From: Felis catus
Lineage: Eukaryota
NCBI RefSeq assembly: GCF_018350175.1
Contig: NC_058374.1
Coordinates: forward strand, 58,962,001 to 59,026,000
DNA: 64,000 nt
Reading direction: 5' to 3'
The translations under genes were made by a program, and so were the position numbers. The notes below the pieces were generated by a model, which worked only from the letters and a program-made list of their open reading frames with translations, ran no database searches and was not told the DNA's origin. Each line of letters opens with the position of its first letter. The stretch's first letter is position 1. Shown piece after piece: positions 38,770 through 53,316 of the stretch.

Positions 38770-38960
38770 TTGCATTTCACAAATACCTATATAATGTTTC
38801 CTATGTTCCAGGTGCCGTTCTCAACACTTTACAAATATTAATTCATTTAACCCATATATCAACACTATAAAGCAGGTAGTATTATTAATCCCATTTTATA
38901 GACAGGACAGAGAGGTTAAATAACCTGCCTAAGATCACACAGTTGGGGAGTCAAAACGCT
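38770..38960 (-). mobile_element. MIR SINE
   Basis: attattaatcccattttatagac...agaggttaaataacctgcctaagatcacacag. Confidence 0.85.
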
Positions 38961-39285
38961 GAAGTTCTGTGGTCTGTCTCACGTTTGTAAGAAACCCTGA
39001 TGGAGCAAACAAGCACACGGACCACACAGACCATCAATAAAAGCTGTTCAATGGCATGGGCTTTGAGAGCAAATGGTAAAACCATTTTATATTTGGTTGT
39101 ACCTTAGAGGTGGCTTTTCATGTTTGTCATGTAAAGGGTAGAATTTTCAAATGCTGCCATAAAATCTCTAGCTGCATATGTTGAAAAAAATATACATAAG
39201 TCAGATGATTTGTCTGTCTTTTCTTATTAGCATGTGATAGCAGGGCTAGATCCTTATAATGCTAAGGTTAAAAATAGAAAGAAAA

Positions 39286-39296
39286 TTATATATGTA

Positions 39297-39350
<54 letters not shown>
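39286..39350 (+). repeat. (TG)n(TA)n compound microsatellite
   Basis: Direct reading. Confidence 0.95.
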
Positions 39351-39354
<4 letters not shown>

Positions 39355-39682
39355 CATTTATGTAAATAAAACCATAATATGTGTTTTACAAGTACATATA
39401 CAAAACCAAAGAAGAATATGTAGCAAACACATTAGAAGAGTTTAAATAAAACAGGAGCAGAGCTTTACAGGGACCATTAATCATAGACTAAGGTTTGTGA
39501 TTAACTCAACTCCCTGCCCCTGAGGTCTGAAGTGGGGAGAAAGCATTTATCTATTTATCCATGCATGCGTAGAATCTTATCTATGTATGCATTCATACCA
39601 ACAAGGGAAAGTGAGACTGTTTTCAGTGTTGCTGATACTCATTAGATTATTTTATTATATAATAATTTTTAACCCTGGATAG

Positions 39683-40966
39683 CAGTAGTTCTCCCACATT
39701 TTAAGCTTGGAATAATTTGCATTATATAAATTATTAAGGACTCTAAAGAGTTTATAGCCTAAAGAGATATGTCTATATCAATTTATGTCTATTGATACTT
39801 TTCATGATAGAAATTAAGGCTGAGAACATTTAAATATTTATTAATTTAAAAATAACAGGGACAACCTCTTTACATATTAATATAAATAACCTATTTTTAA
39901 TGAAAAATAATTATTTTTCAAAATAAAAAATCTAGCACGATTTTTACACATTTTTGCAAATATCTCTGATATTTGGATTAACTAAAGATAGTTAGATCCA
40001 CATGTCTGCTTCTGCCTTCTGTGTTTGCTGGGTGTTGCCTTGGTTGATGTATATAAAGAAAATCTGGCCTCACACAGATGTGTAGATGGAAAAAGAAGAA
40101 CATTTTAATGGCATTTCAGATAACTGTGGATATGTTTTGATACGATAGCGGAACTTGAAAAGTTATTAATGGTTATTGCAATGTGGAATCAGAAACCACA
40201 TCAATGAACTTTTCATACTGTGTTACGTTAAAATTCACCAGTGTATATTATACTTTGACTGGATCTTTTATACATGCATGCTTTGAAACAACATGCATCC
40301 ATCACCTGAAAATTACTGGTTCAATGAGTTATGGAGATCTTCGGAATGTTGACACATTTCATTAAACAATATCAAAATATCACATTTGTTAACATTCATG
40401 TAATAAATGTAAATCTCATCCTAAAAGTCCCTTTTAAATTTGTGGAAACTTCAAGCTCACAGTGGTAGATACAAATTTTCCAAAAATTCAAATTTTCGTT
40501 TGAAAGCTTAAATGTTATCATTGGCACCTAGTAAGTTATTTTCCTTAAAGTGGCATACCCACTTCATTCGTTGTTGATAAAATGATAGTGTGTAGACATT
40601 CTTTTATGTAAAAATGTTACTCAGCTTGCAACTCAAACAATGATTTTTCCTTTAGACAACTATTGAGCTTTGGTATGCAGAAGAAGTACTTAATGCGTAT
40701 GGAATATTTATAAGATATGTACTTAAGGGCTGAAATTTCATAAATTTTCACTGCTCTGTCAAGGACATTCTTAAGTAAGACATCTTTTTTAACTGTGAGT
40801 ACATGGTAATGAAGAACACAATGTCTGGTACTATCTACTTGGTTCCTGCAAAGACACCAGCAGATTTCCCTACCACCAGGACATACTTAATAGAAAATAA
40901 CATCTTAGCGTCATTTTGAAAATAGTTTGATGTCACAGGATCCTCAGGGATCCAGAGACTGCACTG
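39683..40966. mobile_element. Charlie1-type (Charlie1a-like) hAT DNA transposon, non-autonomous
   Basis: cagtagttctc terminus; ttgcaatgtggaatcagaaaccacatcaatgaacttttcatactgtgttac; tttgaaaatagtttga near the other end. Confidence 0.85.
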
Positions 40967-41879
40967 CTACTCTACAACATGAGATCCATTTGAACTCAAC
41001 GCCTAAAGAAAGACTTTACATGCTAAACATATCCTAAAATACCTAATGAAATCCGAATCAGGTACTTCCTGAGTCTCAAATAAGAATGCCTTCAGAGTTT
41101 TCAGAACCATCTGTTCCTTAATTAATCTTATTCACCTTAGTGATATTTGCGGCATTGATTTTTAAAAAGATAAACATTTAAGTGAATTTTCAAACTTTCT
41201 TAACTTCCTATTCCCAAGGATTTCACAGCTTCCCCAATGATATTTCCAGTTAAATCAGTGAACAATTCTTTTGCTTTATGGCTTATTAGAAGGTAGTTCT
41301 GAGGCTGTTTCAGACCTGAGCTGGGTCACTGATCAATACTTAATCAACCCACACACTACAATTCACTAAATCACTTTTTGGAGTTGTCCGTCCAATTCTG
41401 GTTCCCAGTACATCCCTACTGCATTAAACTCTGCAGAAACATTGCCACAAGTGTTCTAGTTCTTGCCCTTGAAGCACATCTTGAAATTGGTACTCAGGAT
41501 ATTTTCTGTGTTTCTGTACCCTTCTCCTCACCACCCACCCGTTTCTTTCAGTGTTTATGGGATGTTCTCTTTTAATATCAGCCAGGTAAGGAAAGTAACA
41601 TATATAATTCATCAAGAACATACATAAATCCCAGTTAACATTAGTCAGTAAAACACTTCTTGGTAGCCTCATGAAGACAGTGGACTGATAAAGGGAGAAG
41701 AGCAGCAACATTATAAAGAAGATGAAGTTATAGTTCTTAGCCTCCATAAACTGAAAATATGTTTGAGAGGAAAAGTTCAGCCTTCACCTGAAATGGCAAT
41801 AACGATTGGAGGTGATATTCAATGAGAAGTCAAATGAGCAATACTAAGTCAGTGCTGCTCCTACAACTCCAAACCAACT

Positions 41880-42240
41880 CCTGGTTGCATTACCTTTGCA
41901 CTTGATGTTCCTTCAGCCTGCAAACTTCTTCCCTCAGTTCTCCACAATTTATGCACCTCTCAACTCAAATGTCACCTTAGCAGGGGGACTTCACCCTAGC
42001 TAAAATAAGATCCCCTATTACCTTATCCCATTTTAGTTTTCTTCACAGGATCTACCATATCTGATATATTATATATTTATTTCTTTGTTTGATAGTGTCT
42101 GCTTCATTCCATTTCAATGTAGGTTCCCCAAGGGCAAGGACTTAATTGTTCACTGCTGTATCTCAGGGCCTAGACAGCTCCTGGTACATAATAGGACACA
42201 AGAAGTATTTGCTTATTGAATGAATAAATGAGTGAATGCT
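41880..42240 (+). mobile_element. L2a 3' end
   Basis: agggcaaggacttaattgttcactgctgtatctcagggcctagacagctcctggtacataatagg...ttgaatgaataaatga. Confidence 0.88.
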
Positions 42241-45200
42241 ATAGCAGCTCAGAATAGGGAGAGGAGACTAGTGGGATTGACCATGTGGTAAGGAAGCAAT
42301 TTCATAGCCTGAGGTTTGAGCTGGGCCTAAAAGGTTGTTTCCCATATGTAGGGCCAATGAGTAGTCTACTTGTCTTATAGGACTCAAGTGAGATGCCATC
42401 TTCTCAGGCAAGCCTTGTTGGGGCTCCAGGACTGGATGAGCTGCCATTGCTTTGGGGGTCTCATAATTCTCCATGTTCTCCCCTATGTTAGAGTTCACTC
42501 TAGTGTATCTTGCTTCCTATTTACTTGACTGGCTGCCCCAATAAAGTACTAGCTCTGGGATGATAGAGGCAGTGTCTTATTCATAGTTGTATACTCAGCC
42601 ATAACACAAATCTACCCCATAAATACTATTTGACTGCATAATCTTGTGAACTAAGCATAAAGCTCATGTAATGCAGTAGGAAAAACATAGTATGGACCAA
42701 ATCATGGTTTGTGGAGCTGAGACATGGAGTCTGGTTTCCAATTGGGAGATGCTGTGACAATCCAATGTCTTAACAAGGCCAATATGACCATGTGTCCACG
42801 ATGAGGCAAGTGAAAAAATAATTAGTCTGAGAGACAAATTATAACCATATTTCAATGCTCGAGGCACAAAATAATAAAGGCCTGGACCTGCCTGGTGGCA
42901 ACGGTAATGTTCATGAAGGAACAAATGTAGCCAAAGGTTTTGGTCACCGATTCGATGTTAAGAGCAGCCATAGATGGCTGCACATCTTAAACCTACATAA
43001 CTATGGAAGGGTAATGCAGTCACTCTAGCTCACATTTCAAATCTTAACCCTTTTAAGAAAGAATTTTTGGCAAACCATTCACTGTAATGGCACAATTTCT
43101 TTATTTCTGTAATGGCACAACTTCTTTATTTCAGTATACTTAATGGTAGACTCTGTCAGAGTTCATTTATACAGCCTATACTCTGATATTAAGCTTTTAA
43201 ACAAAACTTTAAAAATGTAAGATTAAATTTTTTTTCCTGATTGCTGACAGTTATCTATGAAAAGAAGTTAATCTGTAGGAGATAAAAGTAAAGATAATAA
43301 AATATTAAATTTCATCCAATTCTTCTTTGGAAGTATCACAGACTTCAGGGCTTCAAGAAACCTCAAAGCAGATAAAGCAAACAGGATTTCTCTCTCATGG
43401 GAATTATCTAAGGCTGCATATGGGCTCAGTGGTTCATGGGCTAGGCTGAAGTGGGGAGTAGAGGAGAGGAGATGGGACCACACGTACCAGTTCTTTTCTC
43501 TTCCTGCCTTAGAGGTCAGCTCTGATGCCTTCTCTTTTGCAAATAAAACAGTTGCAGTAAGCTAGTGGACAATGATGAGCCACCCAAGGTCACAGGGATG
43601 ATCAGAGACATAATTAGATCTGGAACTCAGAACTCCTGACTTTCAGGTAAGAAGGCAGAGTAAACACACATTTTTAAAACAGTACTTTTTAATAGGAATA
43701 GGTAAGCTTCAAAAACCAAGGAACAACTTTGGTTCTCTATATCTCCTCCTCGGCAAAGAGGAACACAAGCAAAGAATAACCAGAAGTATTTTTGAAGTGA
43801 TAACAGGATATAGAAAATCTGAAATGCTAGAAAAATCCATGGGAATAAGAGGTGTAAAGATAAGGTCCCAATTGGTTTGACACAAATTTTCTTCTTTGTA
43901 TACTGAATCTGGATCCCTATCATTGTCACTTATATTTTTCTAACCAAAAGCATATGTGGTTTGTGATTATATCAGACCTATCTTTTCTGTGCTTGGTGCA
44001 GTTGCATTTTTCACCTTCAGGCATGATAGATTCAGGAGTTCATACGACATCATCTTAATTTAGTCTTGCTTTTCCTTCTTGTCTCTGCTTTTTCTCTGAT
44101 TCAGTTTTTAGATCTCTCCACATGGTGGCAAATTAGCCACTATCCTATCCTCTCAACAAACACAGCCAAAGGTCTCTTTTTCAAAGTTGCAACAAATGCC
44201 TACCAAATTGAATTCCATTGGCCTTTATTATGTCATGCGGCCTTCTATGAACGAGTCATTGTGATTAAGGGAGTAATAATTGACCAAACATGGGTCATGT
44301 GCCCACAGATGGAATGAGTAGATGGGCCAGTTGCATCCAAATTTCATGGACCTTAGTAAGAAACGGTAATTTTCCTAGAAAAAAATCAGTGTGCTCTTAC
44401 GAAAAAGAGAGAAAATAGACGTTGGGTACAGTGATGGCAGCTGTCTGCTATACCAACTCAACCTAATTCAAGTCAAAGTGTATTCCCCCAAGCAAACATG
44501 TGTTTGGAATTGGGCCTGGAATGTTTTCACGAAAATGAAGCAGTTAGAACTTGTTCCATCTCTCTTGTATCTTTTCCTCTCTTTACACATCCTTTCTGTG
44601 CTTTCTGAAATATTTCTTCAGCTTAAGCATAGTTTTTGCTTTCTTCTAACCAGCTTGTCAGGGCTTCAACTTAGTAATAGCCATCTCTCACTGTGCTCTT
44701 TCAGTTTCTGCAATGTCTGCTAATTGCCTCATTCTCATTAGTTTCCTAATTCTAAATTCCTAAGAAAGGAAACTGATTGCTTAAAACCACTGCTTGTCAT
44801 GTCAAAGGTGATATGCCACAGGCTAGACATTACAATCTATGGATTGCCTACCCATCCAGTGCTGGTTCTTTTACTAATCAGCTTAATGAGGGTGGGAAAA
44901 AAATGTTCTTAACCCCCCTGGCCAGATCATAGGCAGTCAAATTTCCTTTAGCAAAGTGAGCTGGAAGAACAGCTTTTGTTACCAAACATAGTATCCACTT
45001 ACTAACTTTACATTCCTACTTTTCAAATCAACTACTTTACACCTGGTACCCTCTCATCACCCACTCACTGCTTCCCTGAGAAAACATACCCTATCAAAAA
45101 GGGACCACTTTATTTTCCCATCCGCAAATCCACTAACACACATTCCTAAGGCTCTACCCACCACTGGTGCTCTGAATCCCATCCCACTCCCTTTTCCAAG

Positions 45201-47143
45201 GATTTCTCTCTAACCATTATCAGTTTCCTAAAATATATTATATATTTCTCTATGTCTTTATTATCTGTGTCTTCCAACTTGAGTCTTTCCACTAGAAAAT
45301 AAGCTCCTTGAGACAAGGATGCTGTGTGTTTAACACTATTCTCAGCACCTAGATTAGTGATTCACAATTAATTTTTGTGGTTTGACTAATTTGAGTGTGG
45401 CAGCTGCTCAATAAATAGAGCTACTCTTTCTCTTACTCCGTTCTTTAAGTTTGTTCTGCATTTATTTGGAAATAATTTCTGTTCAGAGAAAATTTACTAT
45501 AAACAAAATACAGATAAAAATTTATCTGGTAGAAAAACATCTTTAGTTTGCTAATCTTGAAGATAGCGAACACATTGATGTGTATATGTTTTCCAAAAAG
45601 ATGTATGTGTTTTCCTGATGTATTTTTCACAATCTGCATAGCTTAATCAGTAAATCCAGAATACTTTCAAATTGTTGAGCTTCCTGTTATGTATATTTCA
45701 GGAATAAAATAAAATAAAATAAAATAAAATAAAATATTCTCAGGGAGCTTTCAATCTAGCAAGATAACCAAAGTCATATGTGGAAGGATGATTATCACAC
45801 TTTGCTTTATAAAAGACTTATCAAAGTACTAGTCAAATAAATTGTAATTGGTAAAGAAACATATTTATTACAGCATTTCTGTAATAGCAAAAGACTAGGA
45901 AGAACCCAAATGCCCATCAATCGTGGACTATTTGAATAAGCTAAAGTCACACCTACAATATGAGTACTGTGCAGCTGTGATCACAAAGATACATCGATAA
46001 TTGAGAAATACAATATGTGTAGTCTATGCCATTTTAAAACTAAGAAATATAGGGGCAATATGCATACACACACATGCACACATTTTTCTAAAAAATGTCA
46101 AGATAAACCAGAAGTTAATAATAATGGTTACCGTTAGGTGAGATGGGAATTAGGTGAAGGGATAGAGATAAAAGTTAGATTTTCAACAATATTTTGTAGA
46201 TTTTTTTGGAAACATATAAATGTTTTTGCATAATTAAAATATCAAAACTTAAGTACCACTCCCTAGAAAGCTGAAAGAAAATAATAATCAAGTGTTTTTT
46301 TGGTATTTTTTGGTTTTTTTTGTTTTTTGTTTTTTGTTTTAGTTTTCTGGCTTTATCACCCAGAGAAGACTTATCTCAAAGTGACTTTAAAGCAGTAATT
46401 TTTTTGTATATCCCTAGTAGGATATATTCTAAGGATGAAATAAATGCAAGAAAAAAATTCTCAGTAATAAAAAATTCTACTCAATAATCATAATGTTAGT
46501 ATTAACATATCATCCTTCTGAAACTATAAGATAAAACAAATAATTATATTATTCCATTTAGAAACTAAGGTTTTCAATAAAAGGGGAAAAGATACAAATA
46601 TAAATCAAATAAGCAAAATTCCTATAACCAAAATTTGAAATGGAAATAGTGTAGACTTCTCAACTATTTTCCTAGCTTTGACTACTGAAAAGATCTAGAA
46701 ACAATAGTCAACTCAGCAACTAGACGGGATTCTAAATACTGTCTCCATTAAAAGGAACCTTGGAGAAATGGCTGATTCCAGATCTAGGGCAGGAAATATA
46801 CAAGATGAACATGGAACATCTCATTGCTGAAGTATATCCTGAAAAGAACTCAGGAACTAACTTAAAAATGTTCTCACCACCCAAAGATAGGACAATTTGA
46901 GCATAGAAAGGAAAAAAAAATAATAGCAGTAGATCTAAAATATTGAATATGTTTCTAAAAACTATAAAATAATACTTTTACAATATTTTTATATTAATGC
47001 TTTTAAGAAGTCCCTTGGTGAACTTTTGCCAGATGTTAAGGAATTAGCTCATTATTCTGATTGATAAAGGAATGAATCAAGCATTTATATGCCTTTCCTA
47101 TACTTCAAGATAAGCAAATAGTTGATATAGAAAAGCTATCCTT

Positions 47144-47357
47144 GGGGCACCTGGGTGGCTCAGTCGGTTAAGCATCCGACTTCGGCTTAGGTCATGATCT
47201 CACAGTCTGTAAGTTCGAGCCCCACATCGGGCTCTGTGCTGACAGCTCAGAGTCTGGAGCCTGCTTCAGAGTCTGTGTCTCCCTCTCTCTCTGCCCCTCC
47301 CCTGCTCATGCTGTCTCTTTCTCTCTGTCAAAAATAAATAAACATTAAAAAAAAAAA
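47144..47357 (+). mobile_element. Young Can-SINE (SINEC_Fc) with perfect 15-bp TSD
   Basis: agaaaagctatcctt at 47129-47143 and 47358-47372; near-consensus body with retained CpGs. Confidence 0.97.
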
Positions 47358-47980
47358 AGAAAAGCTATCCTTTATAGAAAAAATTCTAGCTAAGAAACGA
47401 AGAAGAAATTATAAAATTGGATTATTTCAATTTTGCAACCCCTAATGATAATTGATTTAGGTGATGATCATAAATAGTCACCAAAATTGTTAACTGAAAA
47501 GCTGATGAGATGAAAAGATTTGGCTGACATTACTTAAAAAAAATGAATCACAAAAAGAGAGACAAATAAGCATACATCTCTCCTGATATGCTAAAACAAG
47601 AAGTAGATAATCCTGTATGAGGTATACCTGCAAAAAGAAAAACAAAATCAAACCTGAATCTGATCAATTTATAGAAATACAAGAGACCAAGGAACACAAT
47701 AAATGACACCACAGGAGCACAAATTAGCAAAATCCACAATATAACATATTCTATAAGTTTTCTCAACAAATGCAAGAAAAATAAACAAAAGAAAAATGAA
47801 CCTATATATTAAAAGAACACTAAAGATATAACAACAAAATGCAATTATGTGAACTTGCTGGGACTCTCATTAAAACATAAAACTGTTAAAAAGCAGAGAG
47901 AAAAAGAGAATTAGCATACCATATTCTCAATACCATTATTACTGTTTTGGGAAGTGATATTATGTTTGGGATTATGGTTT

Positions 47981-48207
47981 TTTTTTTAATTTTTTAAATG
48001 TTAATTTATTTTTGAGACAGAGAGAGAGAGAGACAGAGTGTGAGTGGAGGAGGGGCATAGAGAGACAGGAAGACACAGAATCTGAAGCAGGCTCCAGGCT
48101 CTCAGTTGTCAGCACAGAGCCCTACATGGGGCTTGAACCCACAAGCTGTGAGATCATGACCTGAGCTGAAGTTGAACGCTTAACTGACTGAGCCACCCAG
48201 GTGCCCC
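47981..48207 (-). mobile_element. Can-SINE (SINEC_Fc)
   Basis: Consensus body; degenerate TSD tggga(t/a)tatg(g/t)ttt. Confidence 0.95.
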
Positions 48208-49814
48208 TGGGAATATGTTTTTAGAAAACTCAAAGAATCCTTATTTTGCACAAGTTCATAGTATAGTATTAACAAATAAATGAGATGATGTTTGAGATTT
48301 ACTCCAAAATAATCCAGTATGTAGAAGGGAAGGGAATGGGGATGGAAAGGGAAATGAAACAGATTAGCCCTGTGTTGATAGCTGTTAAAGCTGGGGTATG
48401 GGTCCATGTCAATTCATAATAGTTTTATCCCTACTTTTTATATGTTTGACAATTTCTATAACAAAACACTTTTAAAAGTTATCTCAGTATCTTTATTCCA
48501 TTTTCTTTCAGTTCTTTCTGGAAAACTATAACATGACTCATGGAAAAAAATAACTATGAAAATCCCCTTTCAGAACAGTCTGAAACCTTAATGAATTCCA
48601 TAAGCATTAAGTCTTCTCTACCCTCCATCAGTTATTTAAAAAGAAGACTGTTTCACACATCAACTGATATCAAATATTTATATAATGAACCTTTGACTAG
48701 AAGGTTTTGATTTTGCATGAAGGAAATACAATAAGTGAGTTAGAAAAAAAATATGGATTTTTAAAAAAAACACAGATTGTTTTGAGATGAGTTTCTCCCT
48801 AAGGTAACATTCTATTAATTTGACTCTCAGAAGGACTAAGGTATATTTTACTATTTGCCAAACATCTGTCACTATATAGTGACTAAAATTTTGATTTTTT
48901 TTTTCCTGTACAATCAAAACAATAGAATATCTTTCTTTAGACTGAAATCAATCCTCCAAATCCTTCTAATCTTATTTCCTACAATAAGCCTGTCATCTGT
49001 CCTATGCCTGAGCTGACAATGGCTTGGCCTTTCCCAGCCAAATAGGCTGACATCATCATCTTGAATCATGAATATATCTTAATTCTCATAGGTAACTATA
49101 AGACTAAAGTGATTAAACAAATGAACACACTGCAGCAACAAACGATAACTAAAACAAACGTTACATAGTTCCACATTTCTAGTAAGCAGAAAAATAAAGA
49201 CAACACTTAACAAATAAAGGATAAAATAGAAGCAGAATGTTACCACCACCAAGTTCAGAGCGACTCCTAAAAATTGCATATCATGCCCAAATGGAGGCAG
49301 AACCATATTTTCTTCAAATATGGAGACTACATGCATGCACACATGTGTGTATGTTGTCATTATACAGGCAATTTCACAGAATCCCTGAAAGTTCTGCTAT
49401 GGTGTATGCTCAAAAATTCTTAGAAAGGCAATGCCCCTATGCTACTTTATAAGAAATACAGTAATATGGTTGATAGCCATATACCAGAGATTTGACTGCT
49501 TGGGTTCAATTACCAACTTTACTATGAATTAACTGTGTGTCTTGTTACTTATCTTTCCTGTTCTTCAGTCTTATCACCTATGAAATGAAATTATGTGGCC
49601 TTGAGACATAATATCACCTTCTTCCCAGGTTTTCATGAAGATTTTTTTGATGAAGTGCTTAATGAATGAACTGTGTATGGCACAGCATTAAATTCGTAGC
49701 ACTTGGTGCATAGTTACCAAAGGGAAAGGCCCCATCACACTGACATTTTAAGTCATTATGTTTGGGTTGAACTTCTTCTTGTCAACACAACATTTGGGAA
49801 CTAGAGTGGAGATG

Positions 49815-50300
49815 CTCATTGTCCAGTCCATCATCCAATGATTCTTTTCCCCATAATGGAATCCTGGCCTTTGATGGGGCACATTGTCAACTGGAGTAAA
49901 AGACAACACTTCCCAACCTCCTTTGCTGCTAGGAGTGGCTACCCACCTATGTTCCAGGCAATGAGAATCAACTAGAAGTGTGTGGCCCTTCCAGAAAATT
50001 TTCTTGAAGGAGGTATGCCAGCCCTTCCTTCTTCTCCATCCTGCCTCTTGGAATGTGGATATGATAGCTGAAACCAGGTGACACCTGAACTGTGATGCCA
50101 TGTACTGAGCATGGGAGAGTAGCTGGACAGGAGTCCAACACCTGTATAACTCTGGCTCTGCCTGACCAGCCCAGGACTTCTCACTTCTAGATCTTTTCAT
50201 GTGGGTGATAAAGTTCTGACTGGTTTTACTCATGAGGTTTTTGTTTTGATTTGTTGCATTATTTTTGTTGTTGTTTTGTCTGTTACATACAGTCAACCAA
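49815..50300 (+). mobile_element. MLT1J-like MaLR LTR
   Basis: acacttcccaacctcctttgctgctaggagtggc...ggcaatgaga; ctgcctcttggaatgtggatatgatagctg. Confidence 0.75.
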
Positions 50301-50308
50301 GCCCTTTA

Positions 50309-50522
50309 TTTTTTTTTTAATGTTTATTTACTTATTTCGAGAGAGAAAGAAAGCAAGTAGGGGAGGGGCAGAGAGAAAGAGAGGGAGAGAGAGAATCCCA
50401 AGCAGGCTCTATGCTGTCAGCGCAAAGCCCAACGTGGGGCTTGAACTCACAAACCGTGAGATCATGACCTGAGCCAAAATCAAGAGTTGGATGCTTAACC
50501 AACTGAGCCACCCAGGCGCCCC
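50309..50522 (-). mobile_element. Can-SINE with perfect 15-bp TSD
   Basis: caaccaagcccttta at 50294-50308 and 50523-50537. Confidence 0.97.
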
Positions 50523-51099
50523 CAACCAAGCCCTTTAGATATGGTCAGAGACAACAAACACTGGCTAAGAATTACATTTCATTTGTCAATGTCTGTGCCA
50601 GTCCATATGCAGGTGAGAGAAGAAACACAGAATTGCAGAAGATGCTTATCTGAGACTATGACCGATTAAGAAAACATATCAACCAGGTAAAGAAATAAAG
50701 GAACACAATTTTGGGAAGATTATGAAAATGAATATATGGCTATGAATCATCATTAATATACAACAGTGTAATTAGTATACAGAACTTCTTTGGAGACTTG
50801 AGACAAAAAAAGTAGATAAAGTGAGAAGAAACAACATCTGGAGATATTGTTAATGGCTCTGGAGCGTGAGGAGAGGAAAAATGTATGCAATTCTTGGGGC
50901 TTGAGAATGAGCCAAAGTATTTTGGCAGTTGAGCACTGAAAATCAGTAATCTATAATAAGTGAGAGCCACTACACCAAAATTGTTCCTAGAATGAATCCA
51001 CTCTGAATTTAGTAAGGGAAACATTCCCATACATACTGAGAATTATTAATTTAATGCCAACCTTTCTTATTTTGTTTGTTTCACTGGTTATGGGTCAAG

Positions 51100-51385
51100 G
51101 CATGCACACTAATTTACGTTCTAAGAAATTGTTGGTTTTCTCTTTCGTAATAGCAAATGCAAATCTAATGAAATCAACACTAAAAATCCCGTCAGTCTGG
51201 CTGACCTGGAATTGTCTGTTAGAAGCTGATTGATGGGTCTCAAGTTGTGCTTTGTGTGACAGCCAGAGCATGCTAAAACGCTTGCCTCCACACTGTGGCC
51301 GATCCATCTCTTTGATAGTTGATTTTTTTAACAGATTTTTAATCGTGCAACATATCTCATATGTACACGCAGCTCCTTGCTATTT
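51100..51385. promoter_or_regulatory. Candidate developmental enhancer (octamer, PBX-HOX and MEIS motifs)
   Basis: Non-repetitive with locally retained CpGs; ATGCAAAT at 51157-51164, TGATTGATGG at 51227-51236, TGACAG at 51257-51262. Motif-based only. Confidence 0.45.
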
Positions 51386-53115
51386 TCTAGTTATATTCCA
51401 AAGCTATAAAGAACCTTCAGCATTCATCTGGTGCAGCCCCCTGGTTCAGGTAGAAGTCAAATTGAAAATACCAGGTCTGGGGATTATCTACAAAGCTTTA
51501 AGGCAAAACTTCTCTATTACAGACCTCATAACTAACTGAGCAGTCCAGTCTGTTATTTTACCACTAAGCTTGCTAGAAGTTCTTCTTTATACAAAATTTA
51601 AAGATATACACTGTTTTAATGTACTCCTTTCCTCCTGTTTGGTCTCTGTGGACACAAGGAAAAACTGATCAGAGTCTTCATGGAAAGCCCTTCTTATTCT
51701 TGAAAACAAACCAGGTCATGCTTGATCTTCTTAAAACTAAACAGCTTCAATTCTTTTGACTTGTTTTCATATATCATTTGCATATTTTTTATTCTCTTCT
51801 CTGTATATTTTCCAGTTTCTCTACATTCTTTTAAAGGCCTGATCCCTCAAACTGGGCACATTGATCTGCTAAGCATCTGACTCATATGAAGTATGAAGGA
51901 AAGATCATTTCCCATATATGATGTCAATATATCTATATTAATATATATACATATATATGGGTTTTTCAATCTTGGCACATGCATGTGTACACACACACAC
52001 ACACACACATACACACATGAATACAAACACACATGTACACTGTATGGTCAGTAATGGAGCCAAATATGTTTTCTGCTATTCTTCTCTTTAGATGTGAAGA
52101 AGGCTGACAGTATGATTAAATACATAAATATATAGAAAGCATACAATATTTTTATTTAAAAGTTTTTCAAATTGATAGAAAAGCTGAATGACCTGTGTTG
52201 ATGGGTTTAAGAATACAATTGAGACTTCATCCCTTTTAACCTCTATTCTGGTTTTGTATGTGCTACCTAGACGTACTGTAATAAGAATGTTGCGAGCAGT
52301 AGCTATGGTTTAGAAGTATTCAAACCAGTGTGGAAATTCTTCCTAGGGAAAGATAAGGAATACATAATATAAAACTGGCCTCTGAGAACGTCTGGTAAAT
52401 TATGGTAAAGAGCTCCAAGATAATTGACCATTTACTATGTACCTAGCACAGGGCTGGCCTAAATCTTGTAACAAGTGCAGGAGGTGGATACTTTACTTCA
52501 TTTTTTTCAAAGAGAAAAATAAGACACAAAGAAGTTAAGTAATCTCTTTGAACTAACTGTAACTATAGGAGGCAGGATTTTAACCCATGGCTACCTGACT
52601 CTTAGGCTTGTGCTTTTAATCATTACATTAAAGTACTTATGAATATAGATATGTCTAAACAAAGGAAAATTGGGGTAAAATCTCTCATACTAGAGAAACT
52701 GAGATAATCTAGATGGTCTATAAGAACCAAGCAACAGTAGGTGCTTAATCAGTACAAGAGTTTCCTTTAGCTCGAAATAATTTAGTATTAATTCTAGAAG
52801 GAAGGTGTTCAGAGGCCACTTGGTTATTGTTTCACTGGTGACAGCAACTGATTTTTTAACATGAGAGTTGAAGTGTGTTTGTGATTAACGTGGATGTAGA
52901 CTTAGAACTGGCCTAGAACCTAGACCAGACAAGAAGTGAGAAATAGTGCTATATAATAACAAGCACTACTTTAAAAAAGTAGATGGGTCTGCTTATACAC
53001 ATACAAAACCTATTTGGGGATTTTATTTTTCAAATGTTCCCCAGATGGTTTGGCAAAGGAAAAGTGTATCTAGAGAAAAGATTGGAACAAGTGAGGATAG
53101 ATATTAACAGAAAGT

Positions 53116-53316
53116 TAGGGTTGTCAGATTTACCAAATAAAAACACAGGATGCCCAATTAAATATGAATTTCAGATAGACGACAAATAATATTTTTAATG
53201 TAAACATGTCCCCAAAATTGCATGTACACTTATACTTAAAAATTGTTCATCATTTATCTGGTGATAATCAGATCATCAAGTTTAACTGGATTCCTGTATT
53301 TTATCTGGCAATTCTA
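53116..53316. mobile_element. MER53 hAT MITE
   Basis: tagggttgtcagattt...aaaaacacaggatgcccaattaaatatgaatttcagata; inverted end cctgtattttatctggcaattcta. Confidence 0.88.

Larger units (their letters stand above)
45790..48475 (+). mobile_element. Ancient L1MC/MD-type 3' end interrupted by two SINEs
   Basis: gtaatagcaaaagactaggaagaacccaaatgcccatcaat; atgagatgatgtttgagatttactccaaaataatccag; ctactttttatatgtttgacaatttctataacaaaa. Confidence 0.82.

Noticed and set aside
42964-42981. 8-bp inverted repeat gcagccat-ag-atggctgc
   Set aside because: An isolated short palindrome is expected by chance in 64 kb.
49748-50296. 182-aa minus-strand ORF
   Set aside because: Antisense frame of an MLT1 LTR; no protein similarity.
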